Source: Chiloscyllium plagiosum (Eukaryota). Taken from it: DNA of 63,919 bases. Under the pieces are notes generated by a model, which worked only from the letters and a program-made list of their open reading frames with translations, was not told the DNA's origin and ran no database searches. The translations under genes were made by a program, and so were the position numbers. Within the stretch, counting starts at the first letter, position 1, and each line of letters begins with the position of its first letter. The stretch is taken from positions 35,142,792-35,206,710 of the forward strand of contig NC_057720.1 of NCBI RefSeq assembly GCF_004010195.1, written 5' to 3'. Positions 38,505 to 50,157 of this stretch are shown here, one piece after another.

Positions 38505-38950
38505 GTGGGACATGGCCAGCATTCATTGCCCATCCCTAGTTGCCCTAGAGAATGTGTTGGTGAGCTGCTTTCTTCAACCATTGCAGTTTAGCTGCTGTAG
38601 ATTTATCCACAATGCCCTTAGAGAGGGAATTCCAGACTTTTGATCCAGCGACAATGAAGGAATAGCAATATATTTCTGAGTCAGGATGTTGAGTGGCTGG
38701 GCAGGGAATTTGCAAGTGGTGGTGTTCCCATGTATCTTCCTTCTAGTTGGAGGTGTTTGTGAGTTTGGCGGTGCTGTGTAAGGATCTTGGGGGTGAATTT
38801 CTACTGAGCATCTTGCAGATTGTACACACTACTGTGACTGAATATCAGTGGTGGAGGGCATGGATGCTTGTGAATGTGGTGACAATCAAATGAGCTGTTT
38901 TGTCCAGGATAGTGCTCATTGAGCATTGTTCGAGCTGCATTCATCCAACA
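38505..38950 (-). mobile_element. 3' end of LINE family shared with 1140-1430
   Basis: Homology to 1140-1430; tail gggcaactagggatgggcaatgaatgctggcc (minus). Confidence 0.65.
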
Positions 38951-38974
38951 CAGTTCATCACGTTTACTCTGGAC

Positions 38975-39690
38975 ATGGCAGACAAGTGAAAATTAGCACT
39001 CTGCTTTAGAAACCAGGTCCTGGATGTCCTGGTCATTGGAGTGATGCTGAGGAAGGACATGCTCTTCTATCAGGACTGCCAAAAACACCTTTCCTCTTAG
39101 TCTCAGGTTATCACCAGAGTCAGTGCGGTTTCCACAGTAAAGAGAAATGCACAACAATGCTATAAGAAGGTCAATGACTTTCTCCATTCTGTCAGGGTAA
39201 GAGCCACCATCTTCTCTCTGCTACCTCACACTCTCCTTATCCCTGCTACTGCACCATTTCCCACCAATGCTAATCCTCTATTACATTCACTGTTGCATAC
39301 TTCAATACCCCTCTCCCAACCTGCCAACCTCCCACACTGCATGTCCTCCATGTTGCCTACTCACTTGCTCAAGCTACCTCATCACCTTTCCCCCACCTGC
39401 ATCAGCACTAATTGCTGTCTGTCTATCTTCCTCTCATTCAATCACACACATACTCATTTCAGTAGGAAACACAATGTGGTTGTAAGGGCCCAGGTAAATG
39501 GTGGAGTACCTGATATTAGGCTACTCATCCACCATGAAGAGAAGACATTGATGTTTTGCTATCCAAGTGAGTAGCATTCTTCATTTTAGTGCAGCTGTCA
39601 CATTGACCCCACTGTCAAAATTATTCATTCCATACAACTGATAACTCTTGGTCATAACACCTTCTCACTTTTGTGTCTTGCAGATATGAG
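38975..39690 (+). pseudogene. Intron-containing Myb/SANT-like gene relic of a PIF/Harbinger transposon
   Basis: Exon 1 (38975-39196): MADK*KLALCFRNQVLDVLVIGVMLRKDMLFYQDCQKHLSS*SQVITRVSAVSTVKRNAQQCYKKVNDFLHSVR, then gtaag. Exon 2 (about 39463-39566): HNVVVRAQVNGGVPDIRLLIHHEE, then gtgagt. Next acceptor gtgtcttgcag ends at 39683. Two in-frame stops. Confidence 0.7.
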
Positions 39691-41174
39691 TAGCGTATTC
39701 ACTGTCTGAGCAATATTGTGGGCCACCCTGCAACAAACAGACCTCTGAAAACTAAGCACCATTTGTCCAGATGCACCGATATTGTATATTATCACTGGCC
39801 TCAGTTTTCAAATGTATTGAATTTACATAAAATAGTCAGCAATGTTTGAGCTTGGGAAGTGCTTAGCACACAGTGAGCCAATGCATAAGGGTCAGTCGAG
39901 TTCAGGCGGCTGCATGTGTGTTTCCTTTGCAGTGACTGGGTCTACGTATAGTATTGTCAGCCCTTGAAAGGCCTCATTATTTGTAGCCCTGCCCCTCAAC
40001 TACCTCACCCACACTCATTGTTTGCAGCTATTGACTTTCCCATTCTGCTCTTGCAATGTCGAGGATGATGGAAGGTGACAGTGAGCACTTCTCACACCGA
40101 ATTTAGCAGTTTGTAGGAGTTTCAGTACTCACAAAGAAAATCATGTCCTGATGCTCCTCAGAACAGGAAAACAACAACCACAGCTATTTTCCTGTGGTAC
40201 ATTATAAATAACCATGAAAACTTCAAAACAAAATTCAAATTTAGAACTAACAACTTAAAAATCTCAATGAAAAACACTATTCTAGAAATAAGAATGTATA
40301 AACCCAACAGTCCCTTTTGTTGTTTCCCCAACTTGTAGCAATAGTTCTCCAGCTTGAACTCGGCACATTACAGATGCTCAGAGCTCCAATTGATGCAAAT
40401 TAGTCACCAATGGAACAGCAAAGAGAGGAATGGAAGTATGAACACAAAGGGAAATAGAGTTCAAGGCAGAGGTAGGAAAATAGAAAGTATGGAAACTGTC
40501 TCAAAAAAAAGGGTAAATTATACTTTTTCAACTAAATGACAAATTAAATAGAATCTTAGATTTAATATGTTACTCACTTTGATTCCAACCTTTTCTTAGT
40601 GTCTCTGAGTCATGCACAATAACAAAATAAAACCAAAGTATGGGAAAGTCCATCAGGGCCCAAAGCATTTTTCAGAGAAAACCCTAATTGTTCATTCCAA
40701 TCCCATCAGGCCTCAGAGGCAGCAGTTTTTGGAAAGGGGCAGAGAATTCAGTTAAAATCTGAACATATTCAGCCCTTAACTCAACTAAGGCCATTAAGGG
40801 TAGTTTCCTCCTGGCAAACAAATTGTGGCAAATGGGCACAGTTCAGCTCTAGGGATGAGGTTGGAAAGCTCCCTTATCACCTTACTTGGGCCTCAGATGG
40901 AAAATCTGGGTGGCACCTTCATGACTAGTGCCTTTTCTAGTTCAGATGTTCCCTCCTAGCATGGCTTGGCCATCATGACCATCACCACCTCTCTCCTCCC
41001 TGCCCCTACCCCTCCTCACTGTGAAATCCTGATGTGTAGGCTCCAGTATTTAGATTGGTGGGTCTGCTTGTCGGGAGGGGCAGAAATCCTACCTCCAGCC
41101 AATTAATGCTCCTATTAAAGCTGACTGTTTGAATGTTTAGCACAACATTGCTTCACAAAGCCACGCCATTGTTA

Positions 41175-41365
41175 ATTTAGAAATAGAAACGGAAAGTGCT
41201 GGAGAAACTCAGCAGGTCCGATAGCATCTGTAGAGAGAGAAAGAGTTCTTCAGACTCAAAGCGATAACTGTGTTCTCTCTCCACACATGCTGCCAGATCT
41301 GATGAGTTTCTCCAGAATTGTCTGTTTTTATTCCTGATCTTCAGCATTCGCAGCACTTTGCTTTT
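41175..41365. mobile_element. Old PLE terminus pair in inverted arrangement
   Basis: ctggagaaactcagcaggtc..gcatctgtagagagag versus ctctctccacacatgctgccagatctgatgagtttctccag (imperfect inverted repeat). Confidence 0.6.
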
Positions 41366-41509
41366 ACATTCATTAGTGATTTATGTTGATTCCCTTTCTT
41401 TCTACAGCCAACACTTTTGTTGTGTGCCACTTATACTTAACATGGCAGGCAGTGCATCTTGCTTAGTAAATTCGATAGATGAAATTGGCTACGTGAAATC
41501 TGAATGAAC

Positions 41510-41657
41510 TGTGGTTGCTGTAAATTAGAAATAAAAACAGAAATTGCTGGGAAAGCTCTGCAGTCTTCTGAGGAAGGGTCACTTGACCTGAAACGTTAAC
41601 TCTGATTTCTCTCCACAGGTGCAGCCAGACCTGCTGAGCTTTTCCAGCAATTTCTGC
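41510..41657 (+). mobile_element. PLE terminus with short inverted arm and hammerhead core
   Basis: cagaaattgctgggaaagctc versus gagcttttccagcaatttctg. CTGAGGA agggtcacttgacct GAAAC GTT aac at 41568-41600. Confidence 0.7.
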
Positions 41658-41784
41658 GAGATGTAAGTGGCTCCTGTGCAGTCCACACGAGGAAGAACAC
41701 CTCCTGGCAATCAGATCAAAAGATACAGAAGACAATATGTTCAAACAAGCCCAAAACCCTGAATGAGACCTACTTCTATGAATG

Positions 41785-41988
41785 AGCTGAAAATGTGTTG
41801 CTGGAAAAGCGCAGCAGGTCAGGCAGCATCCAGGGAACAGGAGAATCAACGTTTCGGGCATAAGCCCTTCTTCAGGCTTATGCCCGAAACGTCGATTCTC
41901 CTGTTCCCTGGATGCTGCCTGACATGCTGCGCTTTTCCAGCAATACATTTTCAGCTCTGATCTCCAGCATCTGCAGACCTCACTTTCT
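41785..41988. mobile_element. Palindromic PLE insertion (inverted pLTR arms) with 16-bp TSD
   Basis: Arms 41784-41866 and 41875-41957, loop cttcttca. cctacttctatgaatg at 41769-41784 and 41989-42004. Confidence 0.85.
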
Positions 41989-42023
41989 CCTACTTCTATG
42001 AATGGCCATGCCATCCTTCTATT

Positions 42024-42075
42024 GTCTTAAATCTTCTTGAAATTTCTTAAATCTTCTTGAAATTTCTTAAATCTT
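42024..42075. repeat. Short tandem duplication, 20-bp unit, about 2.5 copies
   Basis: tcttaaatcttcttgaaatt repeated. Confidence 0.85.
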
Positions 42076-43903
42076 TAATATTCCACAGAGTAGAAGGTTC
42101 TCAAATTCCACGTTTATTCCGCATCTGCAGCCACCCAAGGTTTTCCTATCTCTCCAAACAATATAGTCTAACGGAATTAAAATGCAAACACCTTATTTAG
42201 TGTAGAAGGACATTTCACATTCAAGTGATCCTTTGATTTCCCTTACTTCGGTCTCCATTTTGTAATCTATACTTGATCTTAAACTGTCCCTAAAATGTAT
42301 CCCGAGTTGGAGGAGTAATTGTGGTGGCCAGTTGAAGTGCAATTTTATTAGTCCTCTATGTTGAGTATATTTCTGAGCTCAGATTTCCTTGCAACAGTTG
42401 GAATCATAGACAGTAATCCAAATGCTGCAAATGTCTGCCATTTTCAAGTATGTCTTTCATCCTTACAACAAATATACTCTGCACCTTCTACTATGGACAG
42501 GAGTACTAAAAGTTACAGGAAAGTTTCTTATTTTCCTAGTTGCCTGGAGTTGACTGACAGACAGAAATACATCTGTGCCCAAAGCTTACACTGAGAAAAG
42601 AATAGCATGTGCACAAAAGAGATGGCAGGAAATGAGCCAGCTCCCATTTTGAACTGACTAACAGTTCGGATTTAGGGCAGAAAACAATACTTGAGAGAAT
42701 GGAGTGGTGATAAACGGCATGCTGCTCCAGGTTTTAATTTAACATACAGAAGTACTGAAGCCAAGCCTCTCGTAAATTGATATTGGTTCAGTCTGTATCG
42801 CCTATCCAATCCAATCTTGCCTCTGGTTTAATGTTCAATGTTCCTTTCACACGCTCAGTCTGGGAGAATTTGCCATTGCTTCCAATGTGCAGAATGGAAT
42901 GTTCTTGACTGGCACTCAAGTAGGTCATGCAGTATATCATAAGAGTAAGATATTAATCATCCTTGAGCAAATCGACAGGCCAGTTGCAGTATGAATTTTG
43001 TGAGAATCCAAAACTAAAGTCCATTAGATTTTTTTCAAAATCTCTAGAATAATGGATGCACCTTCACAAGATTTACTGTATTTTCAGCAGTTTATGCATA
43101 GGTCTTTCTAAATCCATTTCTTTACTTCATTGAACACAACTACTGTTAAGCTTTTAGCACAGCATTACTACACAATTCAAGCAGCATTGAGCCCACTAAA
43201 ACACAATTCTCAAATACTGTGATCATTAATACAAGTTATATCCAGTCAGGGATTCATTACCAACTGCACTGGGGAGCTAGGCTATATTAGTTTTGGCTTA
43301 AATGGGTGAGAGTGATTTTAGTGCTTATATACCTCCTGGCTTAACACTAACTCTGATCCCCATATACGTCTGTAATTGACCTTGGCCCATCCCTTAATCT
43401 GTGTGTAATCACAATAAAATTACACACTTGTTCAAGTCCTCTTGTAATTAGACATTATGTAGACGTTTCTCTAGGTCCATCCCTGAACTCTAGGCTTTTC
43501 CTGAATGTGACTGTTAGCTTTGGCACTTTCCTTACAACCACACCTGTTATTAAAACAAGAACAATGTATGTGTACTCAGCAGTTAGGAGTCAGATATTAG
43601 CTGCAGCTTACAGAAAATAACAAGCGCGTATATGTTGAAGTTCATTTTGCCTGCCACTTATCTAATAATTGCAAAAATTTTAACCTGAACAAAATGAAAT
43701 GAACAAGCCCTTTGACACAGTCTGAATTCCAGCCAAAAGTAGATATATTAACTGTAATGACAATCAATCTATTACATGAAGCTAAAGTATGTACAGCCAT
43801 GCTGCTTTTAAGAGTGCAAAAAGCTTCAAAGTTGCGATTCTCTTATTGTGCAGCAAAATGTTAAACTCTAAAAGAATTATTTCCAGCTTATACTGTGTTT
43901 ACT

Positions 43904-44403
43904 NNNNNNNNNNNNNNNNNNNNNNNNNNNNNNNNNNNNNNNNNNNNNNNNNNNNNNNNNNNNNNNNNNNNNNNNNNNNNNNNNNNNNNNNNNNNNNNNN
44001 NNNNNNNNNNNNNNNNNNNNNNNNNNNNNNNNNNNNNNNNNNNNNNNNNNNNNNNNNNNNNNNNNNNNNNNNNNNNNNNNNNNNNNNNNNNNNNNNNNNN
44101 NNNNNNNNNNNNNNNNNNNNNNNNNNNNNNNNNNNNNNNNNNNNNNNNNNNNNNNNNNNNNNNNNNNNNNNNNNNNNNNNNNNNNNNNNNNNNNNNNNNN
44201 NNNNNNNNNNNNNNNNNNNNNNNNNNNNNNNNNNNNNNNNNNNNNNNNNNNNNNNNNNNNNNNNNNNNNNNNNNNNNNNNNNNNNNNNNNNNNNNNNNNN
44301 NNNNNNNNNNNNNNNNNNNNNNNNNNNNNNNNNNNNNNNNNNNNNNNNNNNNNNNNNNNNNNNNNNNNNNNNNNNNNNNNNNNNNNNNNNNNNNNNNNNN
44401 NNN
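43904..44403. other. Assembly gap (500 N)
   Basis: Run of N. Confidence 1.
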
Positions 44404-46182
44404 GTGGCATCCAAAACATGGGTACCACACACATTTTGAATTATTACACTTTTCTAATTGACTTACTGACCTGCTGCTATTGCCTGCTTTTTCTTTAATT
44501 AAAAACCAGAAAGGCAGTGTTCCATAATGACCCATTGAGAAGTTCGAATGAATTTATCATTTACAAATTAGAAATTATATATGGCAGAAAAATAGTATAG
44601 CTGATTCCTTCATAGTCTAACCCAATCGCTGGTCAGCACACTCAATATCGTCATTGCATAATTCCAACCACAGAAGAGATACTTGTGGATCTTGAAGTGG
44701 TGACAGGATCCGGATGGTATGAAATTCATCTTTAACAGAACACAAAAAGAATTTTGACATCTCCGTCTTTTCGTAATGTGTTTTAACTGTTCAGAAATAC
44801 TTGGGAAGAAGAACTATCAAGGAAACATAAAGTGAGGACATTTAGTTGCAAGACAAATATCATTGTGGTACATCTAAGTCAGAAGCTAAATCTATTCTGT
44901 CAGTTGTTCACCATAGGCTTTGTCTACCTTTCAAATACTTTGTATCTCCTTTCCCATGCTCCTCCACACATGTAAAAATGCATGACTGATCAATGGCTAT
45001 GCTGCTATATGGGATTTTCATTGCTTTGCAGCAAAGTTGGAATCCAGAATTGATATTATTTATCTGTTGTATAACCACTTTTTAAGAAACTGTGGGAGGT
45101 CAGAATACGCAGTGATAGGAAATTTATGCTTTGTGAATGAAACAAAAGCAATTCAATAGATTTTGCACAAACGTTGGGCTGATATTATGTAATCCTTATA
45201 TTTAGGCCACAGTTTATTATTGTTGCACAATAAACAATTTTCTAACCAATTAAGTTCACAATGGCTCCTGACTGGCTGATTACAGGAATAAAAATGGTTT
45301 TCCACTGATAACACCATACACATCTTTGTTCAACATTGCAGTAGGCTTTGTTCACCTACGGACAATTAATAGCCACCTTTGTGCTCAACTATTTTGGTTG
45401 GGGGCAGGGCAAATGGTCACTAGATAATTATAGAAGTTACAAGCCCAAAAACACTAAAACTTCAATTATAGCTTAAGTGTACCAGCAAAGCCTTTAGGTC
45501 AAAGGGACAGGTTGTTTATCCAACTGGGCTATCTCAGGCTCCGTTGCACAGTAGAAATTGAGCTTTAGCATTGGAGTGTGGTAAAACAAGATGACAGAAC
45601 AAACAATTCTTATTTTATTGTGTGTTCCTTTATCAAGGTCAGTCATCTTCTTAAAACAGGGCACCTTCAATTTGTTGTCGCAATGATGATGCGCAAGAGG
45701 AAGTCACATTTTATTGTTGCTTCTCCTTAATGAGGAAGAGACATTCAAAATAATGCTTCATAGGTTTTCCTTATAATTTTAGTTCTTATTTACATGACAG
45801 GAATTCCTGTTTAAAAAAACTCGTAGGGCTAAAAGTGTGATGGTGAGGGGTGATTTTTCAAGTGCAGGATAGAAAGCTAAGCAAACAGTTAGAAATGGAG
45901 TTGATAGGGCAAAGTTCATTAAAACAGAGGCTCCAGTGGTCCTCAGTAGGTATCCAAGGCACATGCCAGGACTATTTAAATTTCCCATTTAACTAAACTA
46001 AACTTTCTGTTTTATGATATTGTGGTGCCTTAGCATCAGCTTGCTAATATGCTAAATTTTCTGAACAGTTAGAGTGGCTATTTATCCAGTTTTGTACTGG
46101 ACAGTTCAACTATTAGGCAGTCATGAAATTTTCTGTTACGGGATGGCATTACTTCTGGTATTTTACATCCTGGTATACTTAC

Positions 46183-46243
46183 CTCAGTGAAGCACTGACA
46201 GGGCCTACATGTGTTCACTGTCCCATCTACAGCAGCCACATAT
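46183..46243 (-). CDS. Candidate 61-nt internal exon of an unidentified gene
   Basis: Minus strand: tttctcatgtctctgtag|ATATGTGG...ACTGAG|gtaagt. One open frame, YVAAVDGTVNTCRPCQCFTE. No partner exon found. Confidence 0.3.
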
Positions 46244-46559
46244 CTACAGAGACATGAGAAACATGTTTGTTTTCACTTTTTTCCCCCACTATTCCCATTG
46301 TTGCAAACTTACCAGTGACCTTTACCATTTCAAGCCAATTTTATTGCAGTCATGAGTTGTCTAATCGAGCTTCCACTAGGACAGGGGGATAAGGGGAAGC
46401 AGCAAGCGATACAAGGGAGAGGAAGAACGGTTTGTAGAGATAAGAAATACACTGTGCAAGATGTCATACCCACAGCCCGTCTTCAGGACCACTTTGTCTA
46501 CCAGCACTTCACTGAATAGCTCAGTATATATGGTACCAGTCTCACAATTGGACCTTGCC

Positions 46560-47120
46560 AATGTCAGAGAAAGGTAGGATGAATACAAAGCTGCAGGAGA
46601 AAAGAATGAACACAGACTTAAGCTAACAGGTAGAAGGTTGAGAAGAGAGAATTGGAGAAGGTTTTTCACCCAGATGTGGTAGTGTAGTGTTTGGAATGAA
46701 GTCAGCCTGGTGCACCTTAAAAAATATGAGTCTCCTGATTGGGGATTTTAACCTGGGCCAATCCAGGAGTCCTAGCTGCTGATATAAATAGGAGTGACAG
46801 AGGTTCTGTTCTCTATAGGAGCCATGGCCAAGATGAGCTGGCTGGTCAGTGTCATGTACTATGAACATGTAAATAAAGAGTAACGTGGTGATGGGATATT
46901 GGCTCTCATGGAGTTATATCAGTAAGAGGCTGGAATTCACTGCCCACAAAAGTAGTTATATATGAAACTCCTACAATATTTAAGCAATATTTAGAGATTA
47001 ATATGTATTTTTATATCCTCCAGGGTTATTGTACAATAGGATTAGTGTAGTCAGATTTTTGTTGACTGGAATAAACACAACGTGTCAAATAGCCTCCTTC
47101 TGTGCTGTAAACATCTATGA
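46560..47120 (+). mobile_element. Old CR1 3' fragment interrupted by a solo LTR
   Basis: tttttcacccag.tgtggt|LTR|gtaagaggctggaattcactgccc (FFTQ..V..WNSLP) and a 3' UTR remnant. Confidence 0.65.
46683..46921 (+). mobile_element. Solo LTR (Gypsy-like), 239 bp
   Basis: TG...CA termini, CCAAT, TATAAATA (about 46783), AATAAA (about 46872). Flanks gtag/gtaa form an imperfect 4-bp TSD. Second copy at 2773-3005. Confidence 0.72.
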
Positions 47121-47476
47121 GTTTATAAAGGTGAAGTGTGCTAAAAACCAAGCTACATGGTCTACAGTGTTGTCAACATGCTCATGACCACCAACACATT
47201 TTTCTTTTACAGCCAAGAGATTATGTAGGCTCAAGCCTCCACTAACAACTTCATCCCCCAAGCTGTTGATAATTTTCTTTGATAAAGTTGAAGGAAGTGT
47301 GATTGTGACCATTTTAAAAAGAATTTAGAGAATCTGTCAAGGATCACGTAGACCACTACTCCCTTCGCAAGATTAGCATTATTATTTGCAAACAAATCCA
47401 TCAGCAAGTTAACAAACAACCCAATTAACAAGTTGCAATCACTGCTATGAGTAGCAGTGTCACAATTAAGAAGACA

Positions 47477-47822
47477 TGGCATGGTGGCTTAGTGGTTAGC
47501 ATTGCTGCCTCATAACGCCACGGACCCAGGATCGATTCCAACCTCTGGTAACTTCTGTGTTGATTTTGCACATTCTTTCCGTGCCTGCATGGGTTTCCTC
47601 TGTGTGCTCCGGTTTCCTCCCACAGTTCAAAGATGTCCTAGATGGGTGGATTGGCTATGCTAAATTGCCCATAGTATTCAAGGATGTGTAGGTTAGGTGC
47701 ATTAGTCTGGGGAAATGTACAGTAATAGGGTGGGGGAATTAGTCTGGGTGGGTTACTCTTTGGTGGGTCAGTGTGGACTTGTTGGGCCAAATGACCTGTT
47801 TCCACACTGTAGGGATTCTATG
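47477..47822 (+). mobile_element. HE1-like SINE
   Basis: Head ggcatggtggcttagtggttagc; tail tccacactgtagggattctatg. Confidence 0.9.
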
Positions 47823-48859
47823 AAATGGAGTGGTGTGGGGAACTAAGGGAGGGGACTAAATCCAAACAGTGCTAGTGGAAGAATCGGCTTGTATAGTTCC
47901 ACGTATCACTCAAGGCTTGATGGCTATCTGTTCCTGGGCCCACTGGTTGAACCTGCCAACAGCTACATCACTCATGGAAAGGTCTCCCTACCTGCACAAC
48001 CCCTCCACAAACTGGTTATTTTTGTTTTATTAAAAGCCCACCTCAAGATTAACCGATTAAAACAACTAAACAGTGACAATTTACAAGCATTGCCCACCAG
48101 GGCGGTGCAACAATGACAAGAACCAACAGATGGTGAAGACAATAATCAGATTAGATTAAAATGGTGCTGCAGGGAGGGATAATGCATTCCATCCCTTGTG
48201 TTCCCCACATCCTTCTGCAAGCATTGGGGATATTGGTGGACGCCGTGTACTCACTGACCAAGGATAGAGCCACGGGGGAGAGACAGGAAGTCAGGAACTG
48301 TGACCCCTTCCACTACCCACTGTTGATGACTTTAGCCAGACTCAGGAGCAGGACTACAAGGAGGCCCTAAGATACGAAGCGTTTCTTTTTTTCCCTTTCT
48401 TTTCTTTCCTCCCCACACTACAGCCAAAAATCAGTAGTGCTTATTTCTCCCTATCACCCATGTCTTGTGTGTGTAGCTGTAGAACTCAGTGAAGGAACAA
48501 TGAATGCAGAGAACTTCATTCATATTCCACCAGCAGGAAGGAGAAAAAATACCCGAGTTGCGAGTGACAAGTGGTGCCCTTCTCCTTAGGGATAAGGCCT
48601 ATGAGATTGAAAAAGTGAAGGGAAGGGTAGGGATTAAATCAAACTAGAATTGGAGGGAAATAAAACACTCCACGCGGTTGAACCGGTTCTTAGCTATGAG
48701 ATACAAATGACATCAGCTGCTCCAAAAAAATACTTATAGTATGCATAAATCTAAACACAGTTAACAAAGCATTTGCAACATTAGCAGTGGGAGGGGGTGG
48801 GTATTGTTAGCAATGAGAATTGAGGTTCAGGACATATGAGTAGAAGCAAGTAGGTGCTC

Positions 48860-49050
48860 TGATGAAGTCACTAAATTTTACCAACCACATTGTAGAATGC
48901 CCTTGAATTGAAGCTCCTGGCACTGATCTCCTTAGTGACTTCTTTCATCACCAGTAGACATGTTGTCTGGAACAATGTTTGCTCTGCGGAGAACAAGGTC
49001 TTTCTTTTCCTCTCCACTTCTTGCATCAGGTCCAAGATTAGACAAACTAT
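48860..49050 (-). pseudogene. Second Harbinger-type Myb/SANT-like relic
   Basis: ORF 48871..49113 contains LDLMQEVERKRKTLFS...KEVTKEISARSFNSR, the same L..L..EV..R...LF....EV...I.A.S...R pattern as 38975-39196. Confidence 0.4.
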
Positions 49051-49828
49051 GCCCTTTCTTCCAGTGTTTCTGCAGTCATTTGTCCCCTTGGAGTCAGAGT
49101 GCAACTTCCACAAAACAAGTGCAAACTGTCTTTAGTTTCTAATTTTGTTGCTGAATTTTGGTCTCCCCAAACAAACATGCAGGCAATGAAGCACACAAAT
49201 ATCATTAGGTTCATACTTGAATCATTCTGATAGCCTGAAGCACCAGTTTAATACAGCCCCAAATTTAACATGACCACTTGAACAGGTGAAAACAGTGGAC
49301 CCTGTTCGAACAGCAAGGCCTTACTGTTTTGCTGAAGAGATGCAAGTTAAAAGCAGGTTAAAGTACTGTTTTCAGGAATGTTTGGACTGGGACACTCATG
49401 ATAGTATAGCCTTTAAGAGTGTAATTTGGCAGCATTGCTAGGTTCTGTTTTGGTTTCACTGAGGCTCAAAACAGATAGTTTAAGCAAGGATTTTGTTGGC
49501 TGATGCTTAAAGAACTTTTGTTACAATATATTTGCTTCAGGGTGTCTATGTGAAATGTGATTGTTAGAATTGCTTGGAACAGAAAAGCTGTTGGCATAAC
49601 TTTTGTGTCTGCATAAATGTCACAGGCAGTATTAGAAAGCCAAGTGCACAGCTATTTAGCACCAAATCAGACTCACATAAGGTTATGTCAATTTGAATAT
49701 AATTCTAGTTTGTTTGTATACCCTCATGAAAATGTATCCCCATGTGGTATGTTTGGCTTCTTACCTAATATAACGAAAGATATCAAACTTTAAATATTAT
49801 GGATATGATATGTTGGCTGCAAAATGTA

Positions 49829-50157
49829 CCCACCACCTTGTCTCAGTCAAATCCCTCAAACTCAGCACCGCCTTCCTAACCTGCAATCTTCTTCCTGACC
49901 TCTCCGCCCCCACCTCACTCCGGCCTATCACCCTCACCTTGACCTCCCTCCACCTATCGCATTTCCAAAGCCCCTCCCCCAAGTCCCTCCTCCCTACCTT
50001 TTATCTGAGCCTGCTGGACACATTTTCCTCATTCCTGAAGAAGGGCTTATGCCTGAAACGTCGATTCTCCTGTTCCTTGGATGCTGCCTGACCTGCTGCG
50101 CTTTTCCAGCAACAATTTTCAGCTCTGATCTCCAGCATCTGCAGCCCTCACTTTCTC
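49829..50157 (+). mobile_element. PLE 3' end with hammerhead core, tail and 12-bp TSD
   Basis: attc CTGAAGA agggcttatgcct GAAAC GTC gatt at 50031-50066. ctgcaaaatgta at 49817-49828 and 50158-50169. Confidence 0.8.

Noticed and set aside
40577..40603. 27-nt minus-strand micro-exon candidate
   Set aside because: Weak acceptor, and direct joining to the 46183-46243 candidate gives an immediate stop.
46175..46184. atacttacct resembling the U1 snRNA 5' end
   Set aside because: The downstream sequence does not match U1; it is the reverse complement of a splice donor.
48400..48680. Possible 3' UTR of a Tx1/L1-like LINE (minus)
   Set aside because: Resemblance from memory only; no coding remnant or second copy in the window to support it.
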